A program made the translations under genes and the position numbers. A DNA stretch of 33,104 bases from a virus (Duplodnaviria > Caudoviricetes). The notes below the pieces were generated by a model, which saw only the letters and a list, made by a program, of their open reading frames with translations, was not told where the DNA came from and did no database searches. The stretch's first letter is position 1, and each line of letters opens with the position of its first letter. The stretch is taken from positions 1-33,104 of the IMG/VR virus record IMGVR_UViG_3300005077_000102. One strand, 5' to 3'. Of the stretch, positions 16,701-25,705 are shown in pieces.

Positions 16701-17615
16701 TTAGTCGGTAGTCGCGTACACCAGAGCATCGCCGTTGGCGTACTGCGGATCGAAGCGGAGCTCGACCGTGTACTCCACGATGCTCTTGCGCGGAACATTC
16801 TCCGCGATCACCCGGATGTCCTTCCACATCCCCAGCCGGAGATTCCAGCGGGGCCCGGCGATGATCTTGTCGTTGGGCCACTTGGGCGCACCGATGATCT
16901 TGAACCCCTGCCACGGGTAGGGGCCGCCGTTGGCGAGTGCCGCGTCACCGAGTGCCGTGGCGCGGGCACCGAGCTCGTCGATGAACTGGTCGGCCTCGCT
17001 GGTGCTCATGATGATGACGCAATCCTGCCGGTACTGCGTCGGGAGGGCATTCCGCACATTGGCGAGAATCCCGGTCGCACCGAGCATCGTGGTGTTGGTA
17101 ACGTTGTAGTCGTGAACATCGGTGTCCGAGTCGGCGGCGGCCAGCGCCCAGAACCCGGCGTTGATGTCCTTCCAATCGTCGGCCGTGGCACCGTCCATGT
17201 TGCCGAGTGCGTCAACGAGCTCCGCGCCGACGAGATCGGCGATGTAGTCGCGCATCACCGCATCGGCATCCCGCTCGTCGGCGTTGTCATCGATCCAGTC
17301 CCACGAGACATCGAACGCGAGAACGGCGCGAGTCGGGGTGAAAACCCGCTCCACGGGCGTGATCGTTCCGGCCGTCGCGGCCGTTCCAGGAGTGACGGCC
17401 CGCAGCTGCCGACTCGCGGCGGTCAGGTGATGAATCTCCTGCTGCGGCCGGGTGATCTTGTCGATGGTGATGTTCTGGAGGAGCACCTGCCCGGTTTCGA
17501 CCCGCTGCATGAACTCCTTGAACGCGCCGGGGGGCAGGGTGCCACCGGCCGAGCTATTGAGCACGGCCTTGCTGACGACCTCATCCCGGAACTCGCGCAT
17601 GGTCTTCGCGCCCAT
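16701..17615 (-). CDS. major capsid protein (HK97 fold, PBSX XkdG-like)
   Basis: GGTLPP..F.EF...V....LL, IDDN, NL.LG...DIR..E, Y.V..RFD motifs; follows the protease gene. Confidence 0.85.
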   Translation of the reverse strand: MGAKTMREFRDEVVSKAVLNSSAGGTLPPGAFKEFMQRVETGQVLLQNITIDKITRPQQEIHHLTAASRQLRAVTPGTAATAGTITPVERVFTPTRAVLAFDVSWDWIDDNADERDADAVMRDYIADLVGAELVDALGNMDGATADDWKDINAGFWALAAADSDTDVHDYNVTNTTMLGATGILANVRNALPTQYRQDCVIIMSTSEADQFIDELGARATALGDAALANGGPYPWQGFKIIGAPKWPNDKIIAGPRWNLRLGMWKDIRVIAENVPRKSIVEYTVELRFDPQYANGDALVYATTD

Positions 17616-17654
17616 GTCCGCTCTCCTTTGCTGTGTACTGCCGCCCTTCCGGGC

Positions 17655-18719
17655 TCAGGCGTAGTGGAACTCTTCCTCCTCGGTGCCCGCCCCCGGCCCA
17701 ACGATCACATCGGCCCGCCCGGTGCCGGGGCTGGCCTTTTCGAGCTCATCGATTCTCGCCCGGAGATCGGCCTCGGTGGCCGCGCTCTTCTCGGCGGCGG
17801 CGGCAAGCGCCTCCTGCACTTGCCGGGCGACCTCCTCCTCGTCGATCACGGTCGGCGGCTCCTCGACCGGGGGCTCGCCACCCGACTCGGCGGGGGGGTC
17901 GGTGGTGTCATCGGTGCTCTTGGCGGGGTCTGCATCAAGGAGTACATCCACGATGCGAGCGAACTTGTTCTTGCGCTCGTTGGTCTTGAAGTAGGTCAGC
18001 GCCTCCTCGATCACCTCGCGGAGGGCGGCCTTCTCCTCGCCGGAGTTCGCCGGGCTGTCCGAATACGCCTGCCAGAGCGCGCTCGCGGTTGCGTCGATCA
18101 GCGTGGGAACGCGCATTCGCTCAAGCTGCTCGGCCAGCTTGCCCTTGCGGAGGGCCTCGGAGGTGGCCTCCTTGATGGCGGCGATTCGCCGGGTTTCGAT
18201 GGCCTTCGTGACTTCGACATCGGGGATTCGCTTCGCGATCCCGCTGAAGGAGAACGCCTTGTACTTGCCGTCCTTCACGGCAGACCAGAGCTCGTCCTCC
18301 ACGATCTTGCGGCTGACAACCCACGCGCCGATGTCCTTCTCCTCCCAGCGGGGGTCGCCCTCTTCGACCTTGTAGCACTCGGTGATGTAGTCGGCGGTGG
18401 GGTGCTCGTCATGGTCGGTGTCGCAGGCGACTCCCGACGCGCTGCGGCCCTTCGCCATGAAGTCTTCCATCGCGGCATCGAGGTCGGCTTCGGTGATGAA
18501 ATCGCCCTGCGTGTCAACTTCACCCGCCGGGTAAAGTACGCCGGTCACGATCCGCTTGTCCTCGTCAACCTTGAGGATCGGTACTTCGAGGTCGATTGCG
18601 GGGGCCTCGCCTTCCCCCTTAGCGACGAACTCGCGCCGGTTGGCACCGGCGGGAACCAGACTCACGAACTTGATCGTTACCGAGGTGAGCCGGTTGGCAA
18701 TCTTCTTCTCGAACTTCAT
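17655..18719 (-). CDS. XkdF-like prohead protease with C-terminal scaffold-like region
   Basis: I.FVSLV..GAN...F, RIVTGVLY..GEVD.QGD, W..VK.G..KAFSF.G; ATG 18719; acidic coiled-coil tail. Confidence 0.8.
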   Translation of the reverse strand: MKFEKKIANRLTSVTIKFVSLVPAGANRREFVAKGEGEAPAIDLEVPILKVDEDKRIVTGVLYPAGEVDTQGDFITEADLDAAMEDFMAKGRSASGVACDTDHDEHPTADYITECYKVEEGDPRWEEKDIGAWVVSRKIVEDELWSAVKDGKYKAFSFSGIAKRIPDVEVTKAIETRRIAAIKEATSEALRKGKLAEQLERMRVPTLIDATASALWQAYSDSPANSGEEKAALREVIEEALTYFKTNERKNKFARIVDVLLDADPAKSTDDTTDPPAESGGEPPVEEPPTVIDEEEVARQVQEALAAAAEKSAATEADLRARIDELEKASPGTGRADVIVGPGAGTEEEEFHYA

Positions 18720-18756
18720 GCGCGGGCCCTCGGTTCGCTGGGGTGGGTTACGCCCC

Positions 18757-18785
18757 GATATACTTCCCCCGGCGGGGCCGGTCAA
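18757..18785 (-). promoter_or_regulatory. promoter for the protease-capsid-tail operon
   Basis: TTGACC-N17-TATATC. Confidence 0.6.
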
Positions 18786-18825
18786 GCCCCCCCGGTCGAA
18801 TCCTCTCAGATGTGGCGGCGGCCCG

Positions 18826-18854
18826 TTGCGGTACTGCGCGGGGCCCTCTACCTT
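18826..18854 (+). promoter_or_regulatory. divergent promoter for the portal operon
   Basis: TTGCGG-N17-TACCTT, 28 nt before the portal ATG. Confidence 0.55.
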
Positions 18855-18882
18855 CCCGGCATCGCCAACCGAGGAGCCCGCC

Positions 18883-20163
18883 ATGTCAAAGCCTCTAAGC
18901 GCATTCGTCATCTCCGGCAACGCCCGGGTGAGCCCCCTTCAGAAGAAGGCCGTTGTACTTGCGAAGGAAAGCAAGCGGGTTGACGCGGAGGGCCGTCAGA
19001 CTTCAAGGTGGGTGCCCCAGCCCGTCTCGTTCACGGAGCTCGCCAGACTCTGGAACCCGTGGCACACCCGTTGCGTCCGCGTGAAGGCCGACACCTCCGT
19101 GGGGCTTGGCTGGCAAACCTCGCCGGACGATTCTACCCCCGTGCAGCTGCCGGGCAACAGACTCGGCGAATCGGCGCAGTTCGTCTTGAATCAGGCGGCC
19201 ACCGATTTGGAGGACACCGGGAACGCATACCTTGAACTCGTCAGGGCGAGGGGGGGGCTTCTCGGGGAAATGTACTGGCTCCCCTCGGGCCAGATGGAGC
19301 TCTCCTCCGACCGGGAGTTCGCCCGTCAGGTCGCCCCGGGCGCGGCCAACAAGCACCCGGAATGGCCTCTGTTCCGAACCGTCTGGCCCAAGGGCGCGGA
19401 GCGTTGCGTACTCCACATCAAGCTGCCCGGCACATGGAGTACCTACTACGGTGAGCCGGACTGGCTCGGCTGCATCGAGGAGGTGATGCTGGCCGATTCG
19501 GCCGCCACATTCCAGCGCAAGATGTTCGACAACAACAACATCCCCGCGAGTATCGTACTGCTTCGCGGCATGAGCGACATCCCCTCCGACGAGGAGGATC
19601 AGGACACCGGGGGCAACGCACTCGGCGATCCGCTCGATGTAGTGCAGCGGTTCCTTACCACGAACTTCGGCGGCGTGGCGAACTCGGGCAAGAGCCTCGT
19701 GCTCGACTCGCCGAACCCGGAGTCTGGAATCACCATCGAGCGGCTTCAGGGGCACCTCGACACCGTGAAGCCGATTACCGAGCTGCTGGCCGCCACACGC
19801 GACGGCATCATCAGCGGGCACGGAGTACCGCCCCGGCTGGTGGGTGTAGTCACGGCGGGGCAGCTTGGCGGCGGCGGCGAGGCCGAATCCCAGCTGCGGA
19901 TTTTCCGCGACCTCCACATCCGGCCCCGCCAGCGGCTCTACGCCGAGGCGCTCGCCCCCGTGCTACCGCTTCTGCCCGGCTCCCCCAAGTCGATTCACTT
20001 CATCGGACTCGACATTGACGAGTACACCACCACGGCTCCAACCGCACCGCAGCCCAACCCGGGCGATTCCCCGGCGATGTCGGTCGCCGCGAGCCGGGGC
20101 GCGGCGGGCAGACTCGAAAAGGCCCTCGCAGGTCTGGAGGGGGCGCTCCGTGATTCCCGCTGA
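18883..20163 (+). CDS. portal protein (PBSX/P2-Q-like family)
   Basis: D.EDTGNAYLELVR, YYGEPDW, F.NN..P, I...HGVPP.L.G motifs; GAGGAG RBS. Confidence 0.9.
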   Translation: MSKPLSAFVISGNARVSPLQKKAVVLAKESKRVDAEGRQTSRWVPQPVSFTELARLWNPWHTRCVRVKADTSVGLGWQTSPDDSTPVQLPGNRLGESAQFVLNQAATDLEDTGNAYLELVRARGGLLGEMYWLPSGQMELSSDREFARQVAPGAANKHPEWPLFRTVWPKGAERCVLHIKLPGTWSTYYGEPDWLGCIEEVMLADSAATFQRKMFDNNNIPASIVLLRGMSDIPSDEEDQDTGGNALGDPLDVVQRFLTTNFGGVANSGKSLVLDSPNPESGITIERLQGHLDTVKPITELLAATRDGIISGHGVPPRLVGVVTAGQLGGGGEAESQLRIFRDLHIRPRQRLYAEALAPVLPLLPGSPKSIHFIGLDIDEYTTTAPTAPQPNPGDSPAMSVAASRGAAGRLEKALAGLEGALRDSR

Positions 20164-21049
20164 AAGAGTGCGCCTGCTCAACCTGCACGGTGCGGCGGGC
20201 AGAATGCTGGCGGTCTTGAAGGCGAAGCCGCGAGCCTACTACGACCGGATGGTTGACCGAATCGTGGAGTTCCTTCTCGACGAGGAGTCGACCGTGCTCG
20301 CCCCACGGGTGCGAAGGATTCTCGAACGGCTTGACGAGGGGGAGCCGACTCTTGCCCGGGAACTCGAACTCGCCATCAACTCCCTGCGCGCCGAAATGCC
20401 CCGCAGGGCGGCGAAGATGCTTGAGGACAGAATCGCGCTGACCTACATCGCCGGTGCGGTCGATGTGCAACCGGGCAACTACGCCTTCAACGAGGTTGAC
20501 GAGCGGGCCCTCGATTGGCTGGAAAGCGACTCGTTGTACTGGGTCGGGAAGCACTACGGCGAGAAGTTCGGGAAGAAGGTGATCCAAACGATGGCCCCCG
20601 CGTTCGCCGACGGGGCCCCGGTCGAGGTACTCGCCCCGATGCTGCGGGAGGCGTTCGCCGACGAGGTGACGCGGGGAGAAAGCTACTGGAAGCTATTCGC
20701 GAACTCCGTGGTGACCCGAACCCGCTCGTTCGGCATCACCGCGAATCTGGAGCGGATCGGGGCCAAGTACGGTGTGATCGAGGCCCTGATAGATGACACC
20801 ACCACCGACATCTGCCGGGGGCTTGACGGCAAGCTGGTTCTGGTGGAGAACATGGTGAATCTCCGGGGCGCGTTGATCTCGGCGAAGTCTCCCGAAGAAG
20901 TGCGCGAACTGCACCCTTGGGTGAGCAACGGCCCCGATGCCGAAGCGGTTGTGGCCTCCACGGAGGCGCTTGGATTCGTACCGAGCCAGTACTCGTTTCC
21001 TCCCTACCACGCGAATTGCCGCACCACCGTAGTCTACTTCGGAGAGTAG
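20150..21049 (+). CDS. minor head morphogenesis protein (SPP1 gp7/MuF-like)
   Basis: D..TT.IC..LDGK and PPYHANCRT motifs; GTG 20150 behind GGAGG. Confidence 0.85.
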   Translation: MIPAERVRLLNLHGAAGRMLAVLKAKPRAYYDRMVDRIVEFLLDEESTVLAPRVRRILERLDEGEPTLARELELAINSLRAEMPRRAAKMLEDRIALTYIAGAVDVQPGNYAFNEVDERALDWLESDSLYWVGKHYGEKFGKKVIQTMAPAFADGAPVEVLAPMLREAFADEVTRGESYWKLFANSVVTRTRSFGITANLERIGAKYGVIEALIDDTTTDICRGLDGKLVLVENMVNLRGALISAKSPEEVRELHPWVSNGPDAEAVVASTEALGFVPSQYSFPPYHANCRTTVVYFGE

Positions 21050-21050
21050 G

Positions 21051-22406
21051 TCAGGTCACGACGGCCGCACGGGTCGGGCGAGCCGTCGGCAGCATTCGGG
21101 CCAGAATCGCCATCGAAAGCGCATCCCCGTCATCGGGCGACCGGCCGAGCCTGCGCTTGATGTCCTTCTTGTGCTCCACCTCAACGCGCCGTTCGCTGCC
21201 GATTCGGACTCTCGGCGATGTCAGGTCTTCGGCAAGCCGGTAGTCTCCCTGAGGGAGCGCGAGGTTGCCCGACTTCAGGGCCTCGCGGAGATGCCACCAG
21301 CCCTGATCCCGGAGGTTGCGGTACTCCAGCTTCTTGCCGTCGAATACCGCCTTGCCGCCGCCCTTGAACCTGACTACCCGGCGAACCCCGCGCCCCCGGC
21401 CCCGCCGGGCTACGATGGTCGCCACGCCGCTGCCGATTCCGGTTGCGTCAACGACTACGGAGTCGCAGGAGCGGTTGAGTTCGATGAACCTCAGAATCGC
21501 CTCGGCCACCTCCTCCTCGTCGGCCCCGTGGAGTCTCGCGACCAATTCGGCCTCGGCACGCTTCCCGGCCCATCGAACCCACCAGAGCGCGGAGTTGTCA
21601 TCCCCCTCAAACGCGATGTCGGCCGCAATCCATTCGTCGGTAGTCGAGCCCGGTGGCACCGGTTCCGCACTCTCCTGCGCGTCCTTCACCCATTGGTACG
21701 GGATCAACCGGGCGGGGTCTTCGGCCGCAGTCCACATCCCCCTCAAGTACCTGTCCTGCTCGTCGGGGGTAAGAATCTCCCTCATGTCCGCGAGGTAGGC
21801 GCTGCTCAAGTGCGGGTTGTCGCCGGGAAGGGCCGGGATGAAGGCCCAGCCACGGGGGAGAGTCGAGTTCAGCCACCGGTCGTAGAAGAGCTCCTTCACC
21901 CACCCGATCTCGGGGTTGCAAGTGCAGAGAATCCCGCCCCGGGGGCGCACTCCATCGGATGTTACCCACCTGTCCTTCCGCTCCGACGCGACGGAGAGCA
22001 CCCGCCGCTGCATCTGCGTAACCTCCTCAAGCCCGATGGTGGAGACTTCGAGACTCTTGAGCTCGTCAAGCAGCGGGTCGCGGCCGGTGTCCGCGCCGAG
22101 GAACAGAATCTCCGAGCGGTTGTGGAAGGTGACCACCAGCTGCTGCTTGTTGAAGTCGGCGATGAGCTCCGGGGGGCAGAGTTTCATGAAGGTGGTGAGA
22201 GTCGTGCGGACGATTGCGGTTCGAGTCTTGCGGACGAGAGCGATTCGGTTCCCGGCGGTTTCCGCGCTGCGCTGAATCGCCTCGGCGCAGAGCCAGTAAG
22301 TCTTGCCGCCCCCCATCGCGCCACCGTAGAGCTTGATGGTAGCGGGGTGCCGGTGCGCTTCGGCTTGCTTCGTAGTCGGGATGTAGCCCCACTCAATCCT
22401 CTTCAC
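21051..22406 (-). CDS. terL: terminase large subunit
   Basis: Walker A GGAMGGGKT, Walker B IGLEE, CNP, nuclease ADIA..GDD and SPDDGDAL. Confidence 0.93.
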   Translation of the reverse strand: MKRIEWGYIPTTKQAEAHRHPATIKLYGGAMGGGKTYWLCAEAIQRSAETAGNRIALVRKTRTAIVRTTLTTFMKLCPPELIADFNKQQLVVTFHNRSEILFLGADTGRDPLLDELKSLEVSTIGLEEVTQMQRRVLSVASERKDRWVTSDGVRPRGGILCTCNPEIGWVKELFYDRWLNSTLPRGWAFIPALPGDNPHLSSAYLADMREILTPDEQDRYLRGMWTAAEDPARLIPYQWVKDAQESAEPVPPGSTTDEWIAADIAFEGDDNSALWWVRWAGKRAEAELVARLHGADEEEVAEAILRFIELNRSCDSVVVDATGIGSGVATIVARRGRGRGVRRVVRFKGGGKAVFDGKKLEYRNLRDQGWWHLREALKSGNLALPQGDYRLAEDLTSPRVRIGSERRVEVEHKKDIKRRLGRSPDDGDALSMAILARMLPTARPTRAAVVT

Positions 22407-22857
22407 CGGCCTCCTCCACGAACTCGGCCAACTCCGGCGGTTGCTGCTGCGGGATCATGGAGTACAAGTGAATCGTCGGCGGGCCGCCGTCTCCGGCCCC
22501 CTCGCGCATCCCGGCCATGTTGGCCGCGACGAACTTCAAGAGCCCCGGGTCGCCACCGGGGTAAGTACCATCGGGGCTCCGGGGGCCGAGCGCTTTTCGG
22601 AGCACGGTCGCCTTGATGATGGCCCGCAGATTCGCCCGTGCATGGGCAACCCGTCCAGAAAACTCCTCGTCCTTCTTGAGCCATTCGTAGACGGACGAGC
22701 GGGAAACCCCGGCAAGGTCGGCGGCCTCTTCGAGCGAGTGGTCGTATGCACCGATTGCGCGGATGATGGTGTCCTTGGCCTCGTCCGTCATCTTCAGCGG
22801 GCGGCCGTGCTTGCGCTTCTGCGAGGCCCTTTTCGACGGTGAGCTACGGGGTGCCAC
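22393..22857 (-). CDS. terS: terminase small subunit (HTH)
   Basis: GRP.K..., AADLAGVSRSSVYEW HTH; overlaps terL start; GTG behind GGAGG. Confidence 0.8.
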   Translation of the reverse strand: MAPRSSPSKRASQKRKHGRPLKMTDEAKDTIIRAIGAYDHSLEEAADLAGVSRSSVYEWLKKDEEFSGRVAHARANLRAIIKATVLRKALGPRSPDGTYPGGDPGLLKFVAANMAGMREGAGDGGPPTIHLYSMIPQQQPPELAEFVEEAGEED

Positions 22858-22859
22858 GA

Positions 22860-23501
22860 CTACGCGCCTCCGGCGGGGGCCGGTAGCATGAGCAGGTCGG
22901 GCCGGTGCAGGGGCGGTACTCCGAACGCGGGCTCCCATGTGGCGAGCCGCTGGCTCTGCCGGACTCCGGGCCGGGGCCCCTTCTCGGCGAACTCCAGCAG
23001 CACTCCGGAAAGCAGTTCGAGTCCGAGCGGGAGGAGCTCGCGCCTCCACAGGGTAGTCGGGTCATCGTCGGGCCGGATGAATACATGGCGCTGCGCGAGC
23101 ACGGGGCCGCAATCGACTCCGTTGGTCAGCCAGTACACCGTCCCCCCGGTGATCCGCTCCCGGTTGTGAATCGCCCAGCGAATCGCGTCCCTTCCACGGT
23201 GAATCGGAAGGAGGCTCGGGTGGTAGCCGATGGCCCCGTAGTTCGCCCGGTGCCGGGTCTTCTCGCTGATGAAGTCGTGGGAGTGCGCGGCGACGATGAG
23301 GTCTGTTCCATGTGGAACATTCCGGGCCCGTAGAGTACCGGCCGGGATCAGCGGCACCCCCTTCTGGCTCGCGTAGATTGCGAGCTTGTCCTCCCCGGCA
23401 ATCGGTGCGCTCGCGGCGACCACCGCGATTCCGGGAAGGCCGAGCATCATTTCGAGCACGGCCCTGCCGAAGTACTTTTGTCCGGCGAGCAGAACATTCA
23501 T
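22860..23501 (-). CDS. stand-alone formyltransferase (10-formyl-THF-binding core)
   Basis: YHPSLLPIHRG, GGTVYW...VDCGP motifs; 213 aa, no Fmt C-terminal domain. Confidence 0.88.
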   Translation of the reverse strand: MNVLLAGQKYFGRAVLEMMLGLPGIAVVAASAPIAGEDKLAIYASQKGVPLIPAGTLRARNVPHGTDLIVAAHSHDFISEKTRHRANYGAIGYHPSLLPIHRGRDAIRWAIHNRERITGGTVYWLTNGVDCGPVLAQRHVFIRPDDDPTTLWRRELLPLGLELLSGVLLEFAEKGPRPGVRQSQRLATWEPAFGVPPLHRPDLLMLPAPAGGA

Positions 23502-24622
23502 CGGTTTGCCGTCTCTCTTGTCATCTTGAACCCCTGCACGGCCCGGTGGTGCCCGCCGAACCCGCCCATCTTCGTGCCGAGCGAGCGGCTGAGAGTCGCC
23601 GATCCCCGGCCCTTGTGCTTCCCGGACACCGCCTGACTGACCTGAACCCACCGCTTGCTCCGGCGAAGTGCAGAGCACAGCCCGGGGTGCGAGGTGTGGA
23701 AGTAGCACCGCCAGACTCTCTCGTGGAACTGGTTAACCGGCGTGAACTGCATCGCGGCCACCGTGTCGAGGAACCGAGTTCCGACTCCGGCCCCCTGCCA
23801 CTCCGGCATCACCACCATCCGGCAGAGTCTCATGCCCCCCTGCATCAGCCAAGGGGCCGAAGCGATGTGGCAGACGAGTTCGCCCTCCACGAACCCGACG
23901 AAGTACCGTGCCGCCACCATCGCGGGGAGCTTCAGATAATGATGCGGCTCAAAGAGTTTCCAGTACGAGCTGTCCGTCTGGAGAATCTCGAGCTCAAACT
24001 TTGGCCTTCGCCAAAGAGACCCCCTCGCCAGATCACCCGTCCGGGTATCGAATACCCAGTCGGGCTCCAGCCAATCGAGCACATCGTAGTGGCATGAGAG
24101 CAGCACGGCCCTCCCGTTGCCCCGCTTCCACGCCTTGCCGAATGCGGCCGCGCCGATCTTCGCGATCTGGCGGTCTACAACGGAGGTGAACTCGTCGATG
24201 ATTACCCGGTCGCGGCCCTCCGCGATGATTCGCGCCAGCCCGGCGCGGAATCGCTCCCCGTTGGAAAGCGCATGGTAGGGCCTGAGCCACGCGGGCACCG
24301 ATCCGAGCCCGACGGCCGAGAGTGCGCCGGTAACGGTGTCGAACTCCCCGCCGGGTGCAATCGCTTCCACGATGGGCTTGTCCTCCGGCCAGCCCTCGCC
24401 GCCATCGTAGATTCCCACATCGGGCCAGATTGCGCGGCCGATGCTGGTCTTGCCGGAACCGCTTGGGCCGACCACGACTCCGAGTTTCCAGCCCCCGTCC
24501 TCGATGGGCAGCTCCGCGTCGAGGCTGAAGTTCGCGCCGGACTCGCAGTTAAACAGGCTCTTCACCCGGGCGGCCCGGTAGCCGTTGAACTCGCTGCACG
24601 AGTTCCGCACTTCGATCTTCAC
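23498..24622 (-). CDS. ABC-family ATPase fused to GNAT acyltransferase (Mom-like DNA modification candidate)
   Basis: Walker A GPSGSGKT, signature LSNGE, Walker B IIDEF, H-loop SCH; C-terminal RMVVMPEWQGAGVG acyl-CoA motif. Confidence 0.88.
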   Translation of the reverse strand: MKIEVRNSCSEFNGYRAARVKSLFNCESGANFSLDAELPIEDGGWKLGVVVGPSGSGKTSIGRAIWPDVGIYDGGEGWPEDKPIVEAIAPGGEFDTVTGALSAVGLGSVPAWLRPYHALSNGERFRAGLARIIAEGRDRVIIDEFTSVVDRQIAKIGAAAFGKAWKRGNGRAVLLSCHYDVLDWLEPDWVFDTRTGDLARGSLWRRPKFELEILQTDSSYWKLFEPHHYLKLPAMVAARYFVGFVEGELVCHIASAPWLMQGGMRLCRMVVMPEWQGAGVGTRFLDTVAAMQFTPVNQFHERVWRCYFHTSHPGLCSALRRSKRWVQVSQAVSGKHKGRGSATLSRSLGTKMGGFGGHHRAVQGFKMTRETANR

Positions 24623-24630
24623 GGGTCACC

Positions 24631-25203
24631 TCAGTTGACGAGCACCTTGACGGTGTAGCCCTGCTCAAGAAGCGCATCGTACACCTCGCTCTGGTGGGAC
24701 TCGTTCTCGCACTCCACCAGAACCGCGTAGTGCTCCTTGTAGTTGATTTCCGGTTCAGCCCCCTCGCCGTCGCCAAGCGGGCCCTTCGGCAGGTCGCCGG
24801 GCGCGAACCCGAGCAGGCCCGGATCGACCCCGGCCGCGCCGAGCTCTTCGAGCTCAAGCGACAAGAGCTCCGAATCCCACCCTGCGAGATTCGCAAGCTG
24901 GTTGTCGGCCAGCGTGTAGGCCCGCGCCTGCGTTTCGGTCAAGTGCGAAAGGTAGATGCACGGCACCTCCTCGATCCCGAGTTTCCGGGCCGCGAGCACG
25001 CGGCCGTGCCCGGCGATGATGGTGTTGTCATCGCGGAGCAGAATCGGGTTGTTGAAGCCGAACTCGCGAATGCTTGCCGCGATCTTGGCGACTTGCTCGT
25101 CCGAGTGCGTCCTCGCGTTCCGGGCGTAGGGAATCAACGAGTCCACCCGAACCCGCACGATGTGATCGGCCTCTCCCGGGGCCGCCGTCTTCTTGCCAGC
25201 CAT
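24631..25203 (-). CDS. ParB/Srx N-terminal domain protein
   Basis: LIPYARNARTH..QV..IA.SI.EFGF.NPI..IIAGHGR..AA..LG..ADN; short C-terminal YAVLVEC..E..Q..Y..L...GY domain. Confidence 0.9.
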   Translation of the reverse strand: MAGKKTAAPGEADHIVRVRVDSLIPYARNARTHSDEQVAKIAASIREFGFNNPILLRDDNTIIAGHGRVLAARKLGIEEVPCIYLSHLTETQARAYTLADNQLANLAGWDSELLSLELEELGAAGVDPGLLGFAPGDLPKGPLGDGEGAEPEINYKEHYAVLVECENESHQSEVYDALLEQGYTVKVLVN

Positions 25204-25397
25204 CATCCCTCCTTGGTGAAGCCGTCCAGCCCCTCGAAATGGCGGGGCGGTTTGGATTCGCTGGTTTCCTGAGTGCGCCATTCGGCCCCGCAGAGCAGGC
25301 ACCGGTGCTTCCTGACGCGCACTCGCCCCGTGGTGTTGAGCCAACTCCACACCACCTCGCTCCTGATGCTCATGCAATCCGGGTTTGGGCACCTCAC
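25203..25397 (-). CDS. small Zn-ribbon protein (NrdR-N/Ogr-like), possible late transcription activator
   Basis: MRCPNPDC...R.R.HRCLLCG..W.T.E. Confidence 0.65.
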   Translation of the reverse strand: MRCPNPDCMSIRSEVVWSWLNTTGRVRVRKHRCLLCGAEWRTQETSESKPPRHFEGLDGFTKEG

Positions 25398-25405
25398 AGC
25401 GCCCC

Positions 25406-25705
25406 CTACCGAGTCGCGACTCGGGCGCTCTCGACCGTCAGCCGGGCAAGTTCGCTCCGGGCCTCCTCAAGCCGTCTGGTGGCGGCCCGCTCCTCGCCCC
25501 GTGCGATTCCAATGGCCCAACCGTAGGCCTTTTCGGAAGTCTCGAAGTACCTGTGGCCCGATGTGATCTTGAGCTCGCGGGTTGTGTCGCCCCCCGGCCC
25601 CGTCACCGTCACCGTCAACTCGGTTTCGTGCACTACATCGCAGGGGAGCACGAGCACGCTGACCCCGAACTTCCCACGAATAACCTTCCACCACCGTTTC
25701 GTCAT
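25406..25705 (-). CDS. hypothetical phage protein
   Basis: ATGA overlap with upstream gene; GGAGG RBS. Confidence 0.65.
   Translation of the reverse strand: MTKRWWKVIRGKFGVSVLVLPCDVVHETELTVTVTGPGGDTTRELKITSGHRYFETSEKAYGWAIGIARGEERAATRRLEEARSELARLTVESARVATR

Noticed and set aside
18720-18920. Overlapping N-terminal extensions of the protease (to 18920) and portal (from 18556)
   Set aside because: Better starts with RBS at 18719 and 18883 leave an intergenic region holding two promoters
16500-18983. 827-aa + strand ORF (likewise 21171-22616, 25777-27138, 11212-12303)
   Set aside because: Antisense shadows of well-supported - strand genes in high-GC DNA; no recognisable motifs
22860-23501. 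Auxiliary metabolic gene fmt or purN
   Set aside because: No Fmt C-terminal domain, catalytic Asn absent, and translationally coupled to the ABC-GNAT gene
23498-24622. ABC transporter subunit
   Set aside because: No permease or binding-protein gene nearby; fused to GNAT and embedded in the packaging operon
24631-25203. Plasmid-prophage partition ParB
   Set aside because: Lacks the HTH/dimerisation region and there is no ParA; it resembles terminase- and methylase-associated ParB-N proteins
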